A stretch of 52,778 bases of DNA. Origin: a virus (lineage: Duplodnaviria > Caudoviricetes). The stretch spans positions 1 through 52,778 of IMG/VR virus record IMGVR_UViG_3300035158_000865; one strand, written 5' to 3'. Made by a program: the position numbers and the translations under genes. Under the pieces are notes generated by a model, which saw only the letters and a program-made list of their open reading frames with translations, did no database searches and was not told the origin of the DNA. Of the stretch, positions 27,461 to 36,494 are shown in pieces. How positions within the stretch are numbered: position 1 is the first letter of the stretch; each line of letters starts with the position of its first letter.

Positions 27461-28009
27461 TTATCTACTCATAGTAAAACTGCTAATTACTTCATCACAT
27501 ACACCAATTTCTATTGCTTCCTCAGGAGAAAGATACTTATCACGATCTATCATTTCTTTAACCTGTTCTTCAGTAAGGTTACTTTTCTCAGATATTTCTT
27601 TAACCATTATTTCCTGACGCCTTCTGGTTTCAATAACATCAATTTCAACATCTATAACCGTACCCCTATAGCCTCCACTGATTTGATGGTACATCAACCT
27701 GGAGTTTTTAGTCATAAATCTTCTTCCTTTATCACCACAAGTAAAAATAAAAGCACCCGCTGACATTGCTTTACCTATACAAATAGTCCTAATGGGGCAT
27801 TGTATTATGTCCATCAAATCGGTTATAGCAAACATAGAATCAACATGGCCACCATAACTATCTATTATAATTGTTATTTCTCTTAGAGGATCTTCTTCCT
27901 GTAATTTTACTAATCTCTTATTAGTTGTTAAGCATGAACATTCATCTATCTTACCACTCAGAAATATTGATCTGCTAATTTCTTCACTGGAGTTATTATT
28001 ACTTGTCAT
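27461..28009 (-). CDS. clpP: ClpP-family serine protease
   Basis: IDSYGG, CIGKAMSAG (catalytic Ser), MYHQ (His), D.YLSPEEA...G..D. Confidence 0.9.
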   Translation of the reverse strand: MTSNNNSSEEISRSIFLSGKIDECSCLTTNKRLVKLQEEDPLREITIIIDSYGGHVDSMFAITDLMDIIQCPIRTICIGKAMSAGAFIFTCGDKGRRFMTKNSRLMYHQISGGYRGTVIDVEIDVIETRRRQEIMVKEISEKSNLTEEQVKEMIDRDKYLSPEEAIEIGVCDEVISSFTMSR

Positions 28010-28014
28010 AAAAT

Positions 28015-28173
28015 TTAGGCGCAGGAAACCACGGCGGCTTGCCCCGTGGAGGAATGCGCCTTCCTCCTTTCAATTAAAGTTGTTGTTCTTGCTTTCAGTC
28101 TAATGCAATCTTTTTTTACATTGACTGACGGATTAATTACTCTTCCATCTATGTCTGATATTGCAAGGATTCC
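28015..28173 (-). pseudogene. 3' fragment of an IscB-like gene
   Basis: Startless frame GILAISDIDGRVINPSVNVKKDCIRLKARTTTLIERRKAHSSTGQAAVVSCA* resembles IscB C-termini and runs through an IS200/IS605-type end hairpin. Confidence 0.6.
28017..28061 (-). mobile_element. IS200/IS605-superfamily (IscB-type) right-end palindrome
   Basis: AGGCGCATTCCTCCACGGGGCAAGCCGCCGTGGTTTCCTGCGCCT: GC-rich imperfect hairpin with the ATTCCTC...GTTTCC frame typical of these element ends. Confidence 0.7.
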
Positions 28174-29051
28174 TATCCAAAAAATAATTTCAATGATACA
28201 TTTGAATCTCCATGTACTATATGTTCTTTACCCATAGGAGATAATAAAAATTTTATCTTTTTCACAAAAAATTTTTCTATCATAGTGTTATAATCAACTT
28301 GTAGTTCTTTATCAAATTCTTTTGGCCACCTAAGGAATGTAACAGTATCCATATTGAACTTATTTTTTCTCAAGTAAACCACTTTAGTTTTCACTCCATC
28401 ATAAATGTTTTCATATTCATTTTGTATATTTAATTCTTTGAGTAAAAATCTATAATTAGCAACTCCTTTTACATGCCATGGTGTACCTTTGATAGCTTTT
28501 CCATCCTTTATGTACTTATCTATATTTCTAACTCCTATACTAGCGGCAATTTCTTCTGGATAAACCTTCTTTAATTCCTTTTTATATTGTATGATCTTAT
28601 TTGTTATTTCTTCTTCTGATGCTTTCTTTAGTATCATTTGCATAACACTTTTTAGTCTTGTTCTTATAGCTTCAGAAGAATCAGACCTAACAACATCTAA
28701 ACCTGTAACATTGAGCTTGTCAACATCTGCACCTTCTTCATTAATACACCAATACGCATACTTCTTCTTTTTTATAAACAAAGAGGATTTTGCAACAATT
28801 TCCTGTTTAAAATTTATACGGAAATCTGTTATAGCAGAGTTATAATCTTTCCTCTGAGTGTTTCTATAAACTCTATCATTTACAAAGTCTTCTATTATCT
28901 TTGATAGTTTAATGATGATATTAATCTTCCTATCATCACCAAGACTATTCCACCAGTCTTCATCTATACCTTGATTAAATAAGAACTCTTCTATTGATAT
29001 AAAAAGAGAGTCTGTATCTATGTATTTTATATAATCAACTTCTTTCCTCAT
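28173..29051 (-). CDS. Family B DNA polymerase, C-terminal part (motif C, thumb)
   Basis: YIDTDS, KKKYA, GLDVVRSD, KGTPWHVKG. Confidence 0.92.
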   Translation of the reverse strand: MRKEVDYIKYIDTDSLFISIEEFLFNQGIDEDWWNSLGDDRKINIIIKLSKIIEDFVNDRVYRNTQRKDYNSAITDFRINFKQEIVAKSSLFIKKKKYAYWCINEEGADVDKLNVTGLDVVRSDSSEAIRTRLKSVMQMILKKASEEEITNKIIQYKKELKKVYPEEIAASIGVRNIDKYIKDGKAIKGTPWHVKGVANYRFLLKELNIQNEYENIYDGVKTKVVYLRKNKFNMDTVTFLRWPKEFDKELQVDYNTMIEKFFVKKIKFLLSPMGKEHIVHGDSNVSLKLFFG

Positions 29052-30811
29052 ATCTTTTTATCCTTCAAAACTTCTATAAAATCCTTTAAAGGTTTATAAT
29101 TATCCGGCTTGTTTAATAACTCATTTGTATATTTTTCACCAGCTCTAATAGTATGTCTACCACATGATGTAATACCTTCTGCAATATTAGTATTGAAGTA
29201 TCTTGAATATGGTACTGCAAGAATACCAAACATAGCATTAAGAAGGATTTTTAAAGCCCATTGTAGATCAAATAATTGTACTGTCTTTTCTTTAGCATTC
29301 TCTAACTCTTCCCCTCTCAGGTCTTTTAGGGATTTTTTAGTTTTTATCATTTTATTTTTTACTTCTTTCCTTTTCTGAAAGATATTTCTTTGTATAGTTG
29401 ATAATATACCAGGATTCTTATTAGAAAACACAGAACCACAAGGAGATACACATAATAACCTTTTGGATAATGCTTGATTAAACTTGTCAAGTCTCTTACC
29501 TGTAAACTTTACAAGTCCAGTATCTTTTAACATATCAAATTTTTGGAAATTCCTACTTCTAGTAAAAGCTATTATTTTCTCCTCAGTAAAACCTAGTATT
29601 CTACCAAAGTACGTTTCTGGAGACATGTTTAGTGTTATAATAGCTGTGGGATATGATGAAGTTATATCAAGGTCAACAACCCAAGAATGCATACCTTTAT
29701 GCGGTTCTTTTACATATGCCGCTTCAAATGTTTCTTGTGTACCTCCTGAAAAGTGTGGAGCAACAAAATCATTTCTCCTATAATAAGTTAAAAGTGCCCC
29801 TTCTATTAGCTGTGTCATTGTATGGTAATATTTCATAGGAGCTTTAGTTAACAACGATAATGCTTGAACAAGTGATATAAAACCTAATTTTTCTTCAAGT
29901 TGATATACCCTTAAAGAATCAATTACATTGTAATCAACATACTTATTCCAGTCTTTTTCATAAAGATCATTGAGATTTTTATATTCTGAATAATCTAACT
30001 TACCTTTTTCCAACTCATGTTTTGCCACATAGTCAAGGCTATATGATTCAAGATTTGATGTTGAGTACCACTTATACAAATCCATGTAATCTAATATCAC
30101 AGTACCAGCAATATCAATGTTAATTTCATCATTTTTATAGGAATTCCAAACTCTAACAACATTTATAGGAGACATCTTTTTATATAAATCAGTATCCTTA
30201 CCAAACAAAACTTTACACCGTTCTATAAGGTAGGGTAAGTCAAATCCACTAATATTCCATCCTGATATAACATCACAAGGATGCTTATGTAAGAATCCGA
30301 AAAATCTAGTAAGTAGCTGTGTTTCAGATTTACAATGGACAAATAGTACATCTTTTCTATTACCACTATATTCTTTATCTCCAAATGTTATAGATTTTTT
30401 TCGTTTGTTATCATATATACTTATTAGAACTATGGGATACTCAGCACTTTTTATGGAGGGAAAACCATCACCATGGTAAATTTCAATATCAATGTTATAT
30501 ATTCTTAACTTTGGTACTTCTAACTCCTCATCAGGTATCTTATTATATCTCTCAGCTAAAAATTGTATTTCCGGTCTGACTCTATTTTCTAAAATAGAAT
30601 TGTTGTCCTTACAATAAGAATAATAATCAAAATAGGAAGAGAAAGTCTTTTTATCAGCACTTTCTCCATATATGGTTTTATACTTACCTTCTGAAGATCG
30701 TAAGAATACATAAGGTACCCATGGTATTTCAGTATATAAATTCTCACCATTTACTGTTTCCCATAAGTGTATAGTGCTTCTTTTAGTATTATAAAAAACG
30801 TTTCTGAACAT
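29048..30811 (-). CDS. Family B DNA polymerase, N-terminal part (3'-5' exonuclease, motifs A and B)
   Basis: DIE, GWN..GFD.PY, YNVID, DLDITSSYP, KILLNAMFG. Confidence 0.92.
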   Translation of the reverse strand: MFRNVFYNTKRSTIHLWETVNGENLYTEIPWVPYVFLRSSEGKYKTIYGESADKKTFSSYFDYYSYCKDNNSILENRVRPEIQFLAERYNKIPDEELEVPKLRIYNIDIEIYHGDGFPSIKSAEYPIVLISIYDNKRKKSITFGDKEYSGNRKDVLFVHCKSETQLLTRFFGFLHKHPCDVISGWNISGFDLPYLIERCKVLFGKDTDLYKKMSPINVVRVWNSYKNDEINIDIAGTVILDYMDLYKWYSTSNLESYSLDYVAKHELEKGKLDYSEYKNLNDLYEKDWNKYVDYNVIDSLRVYQLEEKLGFISLVQALSLLTKAPMKYYHTMTQLIEGALLTYYRRNDFVAPHFSGGTQETFEAAYVKEPHKGMHSWVVDLDITSSYPTAIITLNMSPETYFGRILGFTEEKIIAFTRSRNFQKFDMLKDTGLVKFTGKRLDKFNQALSKRLLCVSPCGSVFSNKNPGILSTIQRNIFQKRKEVKNKMIKTKKSLKDLRGEELENAKEKTVQLFDLQWALKILLNAMFGILAVPYSRYFNTNIAEGITSCGRHTIRAGEKYTNELLNKPDNYKPLKDFIEVLKDKKI

Positions 30812-31338
30812 TATGCCACCCTAAAAATAACATTGTGATTTTGCCACAATGTTGCAATTAACATACTTTCATCCTCACTCTTTGATGCATTTACTATTCT
30901 CTTTTCCTTAGATGTATCCAAGAAAAAATAAATGGTAAAATCATAACTATTAGAATATACAAGAGATTGTCCTAAACCTTCTCTAATTGAGCTTCCTCTA
31001 TCACCTTTCTTAACTTCTATTGCTACATTGAAATCTTTAAAATTCACTACCATATCCGGTCTATGGAAAGCACCGAGGAATAAAGTATTAGAAACGGTTG
31101 TATTCTTGTTACCTTCCCATAGAAGATTCTTTTTAGCTTTGTTTCTGGAATTCTTCTTTGAAACATTATAATGGTTTTCTAATATTTCAGTAACCTTTGA
31201 TAGTAGAGGATGATACATGGCTGTCTTTATATTATCCTCTGATTTGTTGGAATTTAGAATTGATACATCTTCCTCTAGAATGTTAACCAGTTGTTGTAAA
31301 ATAGTCATTCTACGGTTACTCTTATTCACCCTCCCCAT
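30811..31338 (-). CDS. PD-(D/E)XK nuclease-fold protein
   Basis: HRPDMVV...AIEVKK...GLGQSLVY. Confidence 0.7.
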   Translation of the reverse strand: MGRVNKSNRRMTILQQLVNILEEDVSILNSNKSEDNIKTAMYHPLLSKVTEILENHYNVSKKNSRNKAKKNLLWEGNKNTTVSNTLFLGAFHRPDMVVNFKDFNVAIEVKKGDRGSSIREGLGQSLVYSNSYDFTIYFFLDTSKEKRIVNASKSEDESMLIATLWQNHNVIFRVA

Positions 31339-31353
31339 TATACACCATCCTTT

Positions 31354-31584
31354 CTAATTAAGCATTTCATAAATTTTAATATCTGTTTCATATTTAGTAT
31401 GCTTATCCAAAACAGATAAAATAATACCGGCAAATTTTACATTACTAGATGCTACTATGATTTTTGTTTTTGGTTTAAAGTATTTTTTTGATTCAAATGT
31501 TGCTTTGTCCCCTTTTGTTTTTACAATATTTCCATGTATACACTTATTACCGCAAAATATTCTAACTTTCATCCTCCTCTCCAT
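31354..31584 (-). CDS. Hypothetical protein
   Basis: AAGGA SD; operonic. Confidence 0.55.
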   Translation of the reverse strand: MERRMKVRIFCGNKCIHGNIVKTKGDKATFESKKYFKPKTKIIVASSNVKFAGIILSVLDKHTKYETDIKIYEMLN

Positions 31585-31598
31585 GGGTAATATCCTTT

Positions 31599-32714
31599 CT
31601 ACAGATGTATTTTTTTACATTCTTTCCAACTCTTACCAATTATATCATTATAAAAGAGTATTGTAAATTTTACTCTGTTATCTCTAGATAGGTTTTCAAT
31701 TCTCTTCTTCGCATATTTTTCTTTCCACAATTCTACAAGGGTCTCAACAGAATTATCAAATTTCCTTTTTCCTAAATCTTCTGTTTTTTTACATAGAAAA
31801 TCTCTAGTATTTTCAAATAGTTCACAAAAATACACACCTCTTGAAAAGTTATTAACAGGAGGTTTTATACCTAATTTAGTATATGCAAAAGCTAGTAATC
31901 TCGCTTTTGGTCTGCTCAGTATCTTCTTTTTGTTAATAGTTAGTTTCTCAAAGTCTTTTGGATAGTTATCTTTTACATACTCTCTTGTTTTTCTATAAAT
32001 ATCATCTGAAGGTTCAAGAGGTATCTCACCTTTAGTAGATTTACATTTTTTCCAGTACTTTAACCTATTGTATTGAGAAAATCCACCATATAAGCTAGTT
32101 GTGGTAAAACCTACTAAGGGTTCTTTATATTTAGCATTCCAAGAATTTTCAACTTTGTCAGAACATACTAGAAGTGATAGAAGCTTACCACCAACATAAG
32201 AAAAACCTAAGGGTTGGGTTGGAACAATACTTGATCCCATTGCTGTATATGCAAGCATTTTCTTTTTTATTCTATCATCATAACTCCAACCAATATAAGA
32301 ATCTCTACCTCCTAAAGAAATAAAATCAGATGCAACTGAAATTACACCTAAATAACAACCAGTGGCTTTATCTCTTATAAAGAACCTCATTATACGGCCA
32401 ACATTTTGTTTCCAAGTCATTCTAGAGGTAAAAATTCTCAAAATATTCCATATATTATTGGTTTCTTTATCATTTACCAAGACTACTTCTGGTTCTAGTT
32501 TTAGGTAATCATCTGGTTTTTTTGGTATCCATATTTTAGATTTTATTTCTGAAAGTTCAGGATAATCATCCACACTTGATAAATCAAAAAATGGATTTTC
32601 CTTCTTTTTTGGAGGGTACTTTTCGTTTATCTCCATCCACTTTCGATAAAGAGTATATTCCTTTACACTCATTCCTGATAAATATTTGAAATTTTCTTCT
32701 ATTATTTTTTTCAT
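31599..32714 (-). CDS. DUF4338/DruA-like protein, paralog 2
   Basis: GR..RF.IRD..TG.YLGVI...SD...L..RD.YIGW; P.QP.GF.Y.GGKLL; TTTSLYG..SQYNRL. Confidence 0.75.
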   Translation of the reverse strand: MKKIIEENFKYLSGMSVKEYTLYRKWMEINEKYPPKKKENPFFDLSSVDDYPELSEIKSKIWIPKKPDDYLKLEPEVVLVNDKETNNIWNILRIFTSRMTWKQNVGRIMRFFIRDKATGCYLGVISVASDFISLGGRDSYIGWSYDDRIKKKMLAYTAMGSSIVPTQPLGFSYVGGKLLSLLVCSDKVENSWNAKYKEPLVGFTTTSLYGGFSQYNRLKYWKKCKSTKGEIPLEPSDDIYRKTREYVKDNYPKDFEKLTINKKKILSRPKARLLAFAYTKLGIKPPVNNFSRGVYFCELFENTRDFLCKKTEDLGKRKFDNSVETLVELWKEKYAKKRIENLSRDNRVKFTILFYNDIIGKSWKECKKIHL

Positions 32715-33214
32715 ATCTCAAAAAGGTTGTCTGGTAGACAATCCATCCCTATTTTATATTCTCCCCAATATTCAATCATTTTTTTATTTCTATAAGTATC
32801 CATTAACCCTGAAGGCCAGAAATAAGGAGCATCTATATCAAGATTATAATAATCATCAAAATACATTCTATAATAACTAGGATTTTTTCTTAACAAATTG
32901 GCCCTATGTGATTTATGAAGTCTTTCATCACCAAACCAAGTAGGGTATAATATATCTCTGTATATAACTAGAGGAGTCATAGTATTATTATACCCTCTCT
33001 CTACCCATTCACTTCTCATTATATTATAGTAGTGTGCAAGCGCATCTCTATAACCTTTCCACATCCTCACTGCTGGGTGGTTTCTCCATCTACTTAATTT
33101 AGATGTTAATGTTTCATATATCTGTTTTGCTTCTACTCTTTGTTTACCGAGCCTTGATCTGTCTAAAACTTTTGCAGATTTTTTGAAATCAGCATATGGT
33201 AAAAAGGTTTGCAT
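32711..33214 (-). CDS. Pyrimidine-dimer DNA glycosylase/endonuclease V family (MSMEG_6728-like)
   Basis: MQTFLPY.DF..SA.VLD..RLGKQRVE..Q; HPAVRMW.GY; H.SH.ANLLRK. Confidence 0.9.
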   Translation of the reverse strand: MQTFLPYADFKKSAKVLDRSRLGKQRVEAKQIYETLTSKLSRWRNHPAVRMWKGYRDALAHYYNIMRSEWVERGYNNTMTPLVIYRDILYPTWFGDERLHKSHRANLLRKNPSYYRMYFDDYYNLDIDAPYFWPSGLMDTYRNKKMIEYWGEYKIGMDCLPDNLFEI

Positions 33215-34494
33215 TATCTACCCACATCTCCTAAATATACTTCTTTAGTTTCTTCCCAACTTCTACCTATCATTCTATCATAAAATAATGTATTTGTAGA
33301 GTATCTTTTTTTCTCTAGAAGGTTTTTCACTCTTTTCTTTGCATATTTCTCTTTCCAAATTTCTACTAAAGACCCAACAGAGTTATCAAACCTTCTTTTC
33401 AATTCTTCCTCAGTTATCTCTTTCCTCAAAAATTCACAAGAGTTTTCAAATAAAGTACAGAAATATATACCTCTTCTATGTGAAGATTCAATATATTCTT
33501 TTGGTATCTCTAACTTTCTATATATGAAAGATAAACTTCTTTGTTTATGGTCTCTTTTCAAAGGTAAACCTTGTGGATTCTTCGCTGCATACCATTCAAA
33601 ATATTTTCTAGGCTCTTTAGCTTTTAACCACTCTCTTGCCATAATTACTGTTGATGTTGTTGGTTCATATCTTATACTACCAGCACTATGTCCTCTTTTG
33701 TTCCAATATTTCAAATTTTGATATTGAGAGAATGATCCATATAAACTAGTTGTTGTATATGCAACCAACTTATCTTTATATCTTTTGTTCCATGCTTCTT
33801 CAGTAATATTAGATATTGTAAGTAAAGCAAGAAGTTTTCCACCTACAAAAGAGAAACCCAAAGGTTGTGTTGGAACTATAGTTGAACCTATGGTTGTATG
33901 ATTTATCATTTTTTGCTTAGTTTTTACTTCTCTAGACCAACCTATGTAGTTATCTCTAGGAGTTAAATCCATAAAGTCACTTGATAGACATATAACACCT
34001 AAATACTTTTTAGTTTTTTTATCCTTTATAATAAATCTTATATTCCTACCTATATTAGAATTATTAAGCATAGTTGAGGTAAATGTTCTTAATATATTCC
34101 AAGTCTTTATGTTTTTATCATCTGTTTGAATTAATGTAGGTTCTAATTTTAAATAATCTTCAGGTTTCTCTGGTATCCATATTTTTTTTCTTATGTTATG
34201 TATTTCTGGATAAGGTTTAACACTATTTTCTTTTTTCGTTTTCTTCTTCTTCTCAGAATCATTATGTTTTTTAAAGAAGAGAAAAACATTTTCTTCCTTT
34301 TCTTCCTTTTTATTCACTAGTGGATAATTCTCTGTTATTTCCCTCCACTTTCTCCATAAAGTATATTCCTCTACTGTCATAGAAGAAATCTCTTTTAATT
34401 CCTGCAATAACCTACTTTTTAATTCATCAGTGGAAATCTTTTTAAATTCTTGCTTTTCATACCATTCTTTATACTGTTCATCAACACTTTTCAT
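33214..34494 (-). CDS. DUF4338/DruA-like protein, paralog 1
   Basis: GRNIRFIIKD...YLGVICLSSD...RDNYIGW; PTQPLGFSFVGGKLLALL; TTTSLYGSFSQY. Confidence 0.75.
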   Translation of the reverse strand: MKSVDEQYKEWYEKQEFKKISTDELKSRLLQELKEISSMTVEEYTLWRKWREITENYPLVNKKEEKEENVFLFFKKHNDSEKKKKTKKENSVKPYPEIHNIRKKIWIPEKPEDYLKLEPTLIQTDDKNIKTWNILRTFTSTMLNNSNIGRNIRFIIKDKKTKKYLGVICLSSDFMDLTPRDNYIGWSREVKTKQKMINHTTIGSTIVPTQPLGFSFVGGKLLALLTISNITEEAWNKRYKDKLVAYTTTSLYGSFSQYQNLKYWNKRGHSAGSIRYEPTTSTVIMAREWLKAKEPRKYFEWYAAKNPQGLPLKRDHKQRSLSFIYRKLEIPKEYIESSHRRGIYFCTLFENSCEFLRKEITEEELKRRFDNSVGSLVEIWKEKYAKKRVKNLLEKKRYSTNTLFYDRMIGRSWEETKEVYLGDVGR

Positions 34495-34690
34495 TTTTCC
34501 ATCCTTGGTATGGACATCTATTTGTCAAAGGACAAGGATGTATACCCTTATTAGCTATTCTAATTTTCAATATACTCAAATTATTATCTTCTCTAAATTT
34601 GGTATTACCAGCGGTACAATAAGGAATATAGAAAGTTCCATGCTTTGTCCCTTTTAACTCAAACATTACATGCTTACATTCATTTTTCAT
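34481..34690 (-). CDS. Small Cys-rich hypothetical protein
   Basis: CKH...C...CP...CPY; overlaps both neighbours. Confidence 0.5.
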   Translation of the reverse strand: MKNECKHVMFELKGTKHGTFYIPYCTAGNTKFREDNNLSILKIRIANKGIHPCPLTNRCPYQGWKNEKC

Positions 34691-35111
34691 TTCTTAACTC
34701 CTCTCTAATTTTCATCAATATCTTACCTAGAAGATTCTGACCTGTATCATCCCTTCCACAACCCCAAATATAATCATTAGGAGAATCTTCTATAAGTATC
34801 TTATCTCCTGATTTCAACAAAAATTTTTTCAATTTCTCATTTTGTGTAAATTTAGCTCTTACTGCCTTTTCCATGAAGATAGCTTTAACACTATTCCAAT
34901 CTTTCCTTGCTTTACAACTTCTGCCTAATTTCTTAGCTAGATATGGAGATTCAGCTATAGTTATAGAAACTTTATCAACTGTATTATATGCCTTCATTGC
35001 TTGGAAGTAGTGTTCGGTTGTGGGGTAGGTTATATTATCTATTTCTACTTCAGATGGATAGAAGTTTGAGAAAGGATGCTCCTTACCATAAAATTTTAAT
35101 TCATTACACAT
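34680..35111 (-). CDS. NADAR (YbiA-like) family protein
   Basis: FSNFY...YPTTEHYFQA.K; AKFTQN; EDSP.D.IWG.G...GQNLLG.ILM..R. Confidence 0.92.
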   Translation of the reverse strand: MCNELKFYGKEHPFSNFYPSEVEIDNITYPTTEHYFQAMKAYNTVDKVSITIAESPYLAKKLGRSCKARKDWNSVKAIFMEKAVRAKFTQNEKLKKFLLKSGDKILIEDSPNDYIWGCGRDDTGQNLLGKILMKIREELRNEK

Positions 35112-35128
35112 GTTATATAGATAACCTT

Positions 35129-35692
35129 TTATAAAGATTTAAAAGCTTTTATACTTTCATACAATTTTTCTTTGCCTTTACTAGCATTATATAAAGACAT
35201 AGCAGGATGTACTGAATAAACAACAGGAACCTGAAATTCAAAACAGAATCCAGATTGTCCATTCTTGGACATTATACCTTTTTCACCTGTCATTGTAAAC
35301 AATGAATAATTACCAGAAATGATCATCTTTTTGGGTTGTAAAACTTTTATATATTTTCTCAACCAACATCTACATAAACTTAATTCCTCATCTGTCGGTT
35401 TAGCATTTTTATTTCCTTCTACAGGTCTACAATTTACGGAATTGATTATTAGAAAATCTTCTCTTTTTAAATCGAAGAAGTCCATGGTTTCCCATAATAT
35501 TTTACCAGCTTTGCCTATAACAGGAGTATTATTATCTATTTCATCTTTACCCGGTGCTTCTAGAATGATAGCATACTTAGACTCTTCTGACCAATAAGGT
35601 TTACATCTACCATTTCTATATAGATCACACAATGTACATCCCTGTATTTGGCCATCTAGCAATTCTAACATTCTTTTGGTTTTATCGTTCAT
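35129..35692 (-). CDS. Uracil-DNA glycosylase family 4 (Fe-S)
   Basis: C..C.L, EAPG..E, G.AG, N.V.CRP..N..P...E...C, HPA. Confidence 0.88.
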   Translation of the reverse strand: MNDKTKRMLELLDGQIQGCTLCDLYRNGRCKPYWSEESKYAIILEAPGKDEIDNNTPVIGKAGKILWETMDFFDLKREDFLIINSVNCRPVEGNKNAKPTDEELSLCRCWLRKYIKVLQPKKMIISGNYSLFTMTGEKGIMSKNGQSGFCFEFQVPVVYSVHPAMSLYNASKGKEKLYESIKAFKSL

Positions 35693-36138
35693 CCTGTTGA
35701 ACCAAAGCCTCCGATGCCTCTATCTGTATCCTTATTTATATTATCCTCTACTAACTCTATTTTTTCAACTTCCTTAAATATTATCTGAGCCATCTTGTGT
35801 CCTCTTGTATAAAACAATCTATCAGTGTTTAAATTCAGAAAAGGTACTTTTATATTACCTCTGTAATGTGAATCAATAGTTCCCACACCTATTGGTATTA
35901 TCACTCTATCTTTAGTAGCAATACCCGACCTACCTCTAACCTGACCTTCCCAACCTTCTGGTATTTCAAAAGCGACACCCATATCTACTAGTTTTAATTC
36001 ATAAGGTTCTAAAACAATAGAATATGGAATCCGAAGATCAAATCCAGAATCTGATTCATGTGCTTTTTGAGGTATATAAGCTTTGGAGTCTGTTCTCTCA
36101 AATTTTATTTTCATTTTTCCTTTTTTCTCTCCACTCAA
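35689..36138 (-). CDS. dut: Trimeric dUTPase
   Basis: SGFDL, RGRSG, GTIDSHYRG, AQ, RG.GGFGSTG. Confidence 0.95.
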   Translation of the reverse strand: MSGEKKGKMKIKFERTDSKAYIPQKAHESDSGFDLRIPYSIVLEPYELKLVDMGVAFEIPEGWEGQVRGRSGIATKDRVIIPIGVGTIDSHYRGNIKVPFLNLNTDRLFYTRGHKMAQIIFKEVEKIELVEDNINKDTDRGIGGFGSTG

Positions 36139-36493
36139 TACATTTTTTCTTACCTTCTTCTAAGGCCTTAATAAAATCATTTATATGATCTTCTTCTCTT
36201 AAAAGAAAGCTTTCATTCATTTCTGCATATCCAGTAAATAGAATCTTTATACATGTACCTACTCTTCGCAGATATCTTTCAATCTTATCTAAAATGGATT
36301 CATTATATATATAAGGTTCATATAATTTTACAGTTTTCCAGAAGTAGAGATTTATATATCCTGTTCTTTTATCAAATTCCATTTCCATATCAACTTCATC
36401 ATCTCCACCACAATCACAACATGCTTTGTACCAAATGCTTTCTAAATCATCAAATTCATCTATAAACATAACCTTCTTAGATAACTCACTCAT
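36098..36493 (-). CDS. Hypothetical protein
   Basis: CCDC motif; GGAG SD. Confidence 0.6.
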   Translation of the reverse strand: MSELSKKVMFIDEFDDLESIWYKACCDCGGDDEVDMEMEFDKRTGYINLYFWKTVKLYEPYIYNESILDKIERYLRRVGTCIKILFTGYAEMNESFLLREEDHINDFIKALEEGKKKCIEWREKRKNENKI

Positions 36494-36494
36494 G

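Noticed and set aside
28046-28237. 63-aa plus-strand ORF in the polB-clpP gap
   Set aside because: The minus-strand IscB-like frame explains the region better, and this ORF overlaps the polymerase end in antisense
29040-29070. Intron or intein interrupting the polymerase
   Set aside because: The two ORFs overlap by 4 nt with no intervening sequence or splicing motifs
31599-34494. Complete Druantia defence system
   Set aside because: Only DruA-like genes are present, with no large DruE helicase or other partners, and the context is a phage replication operon
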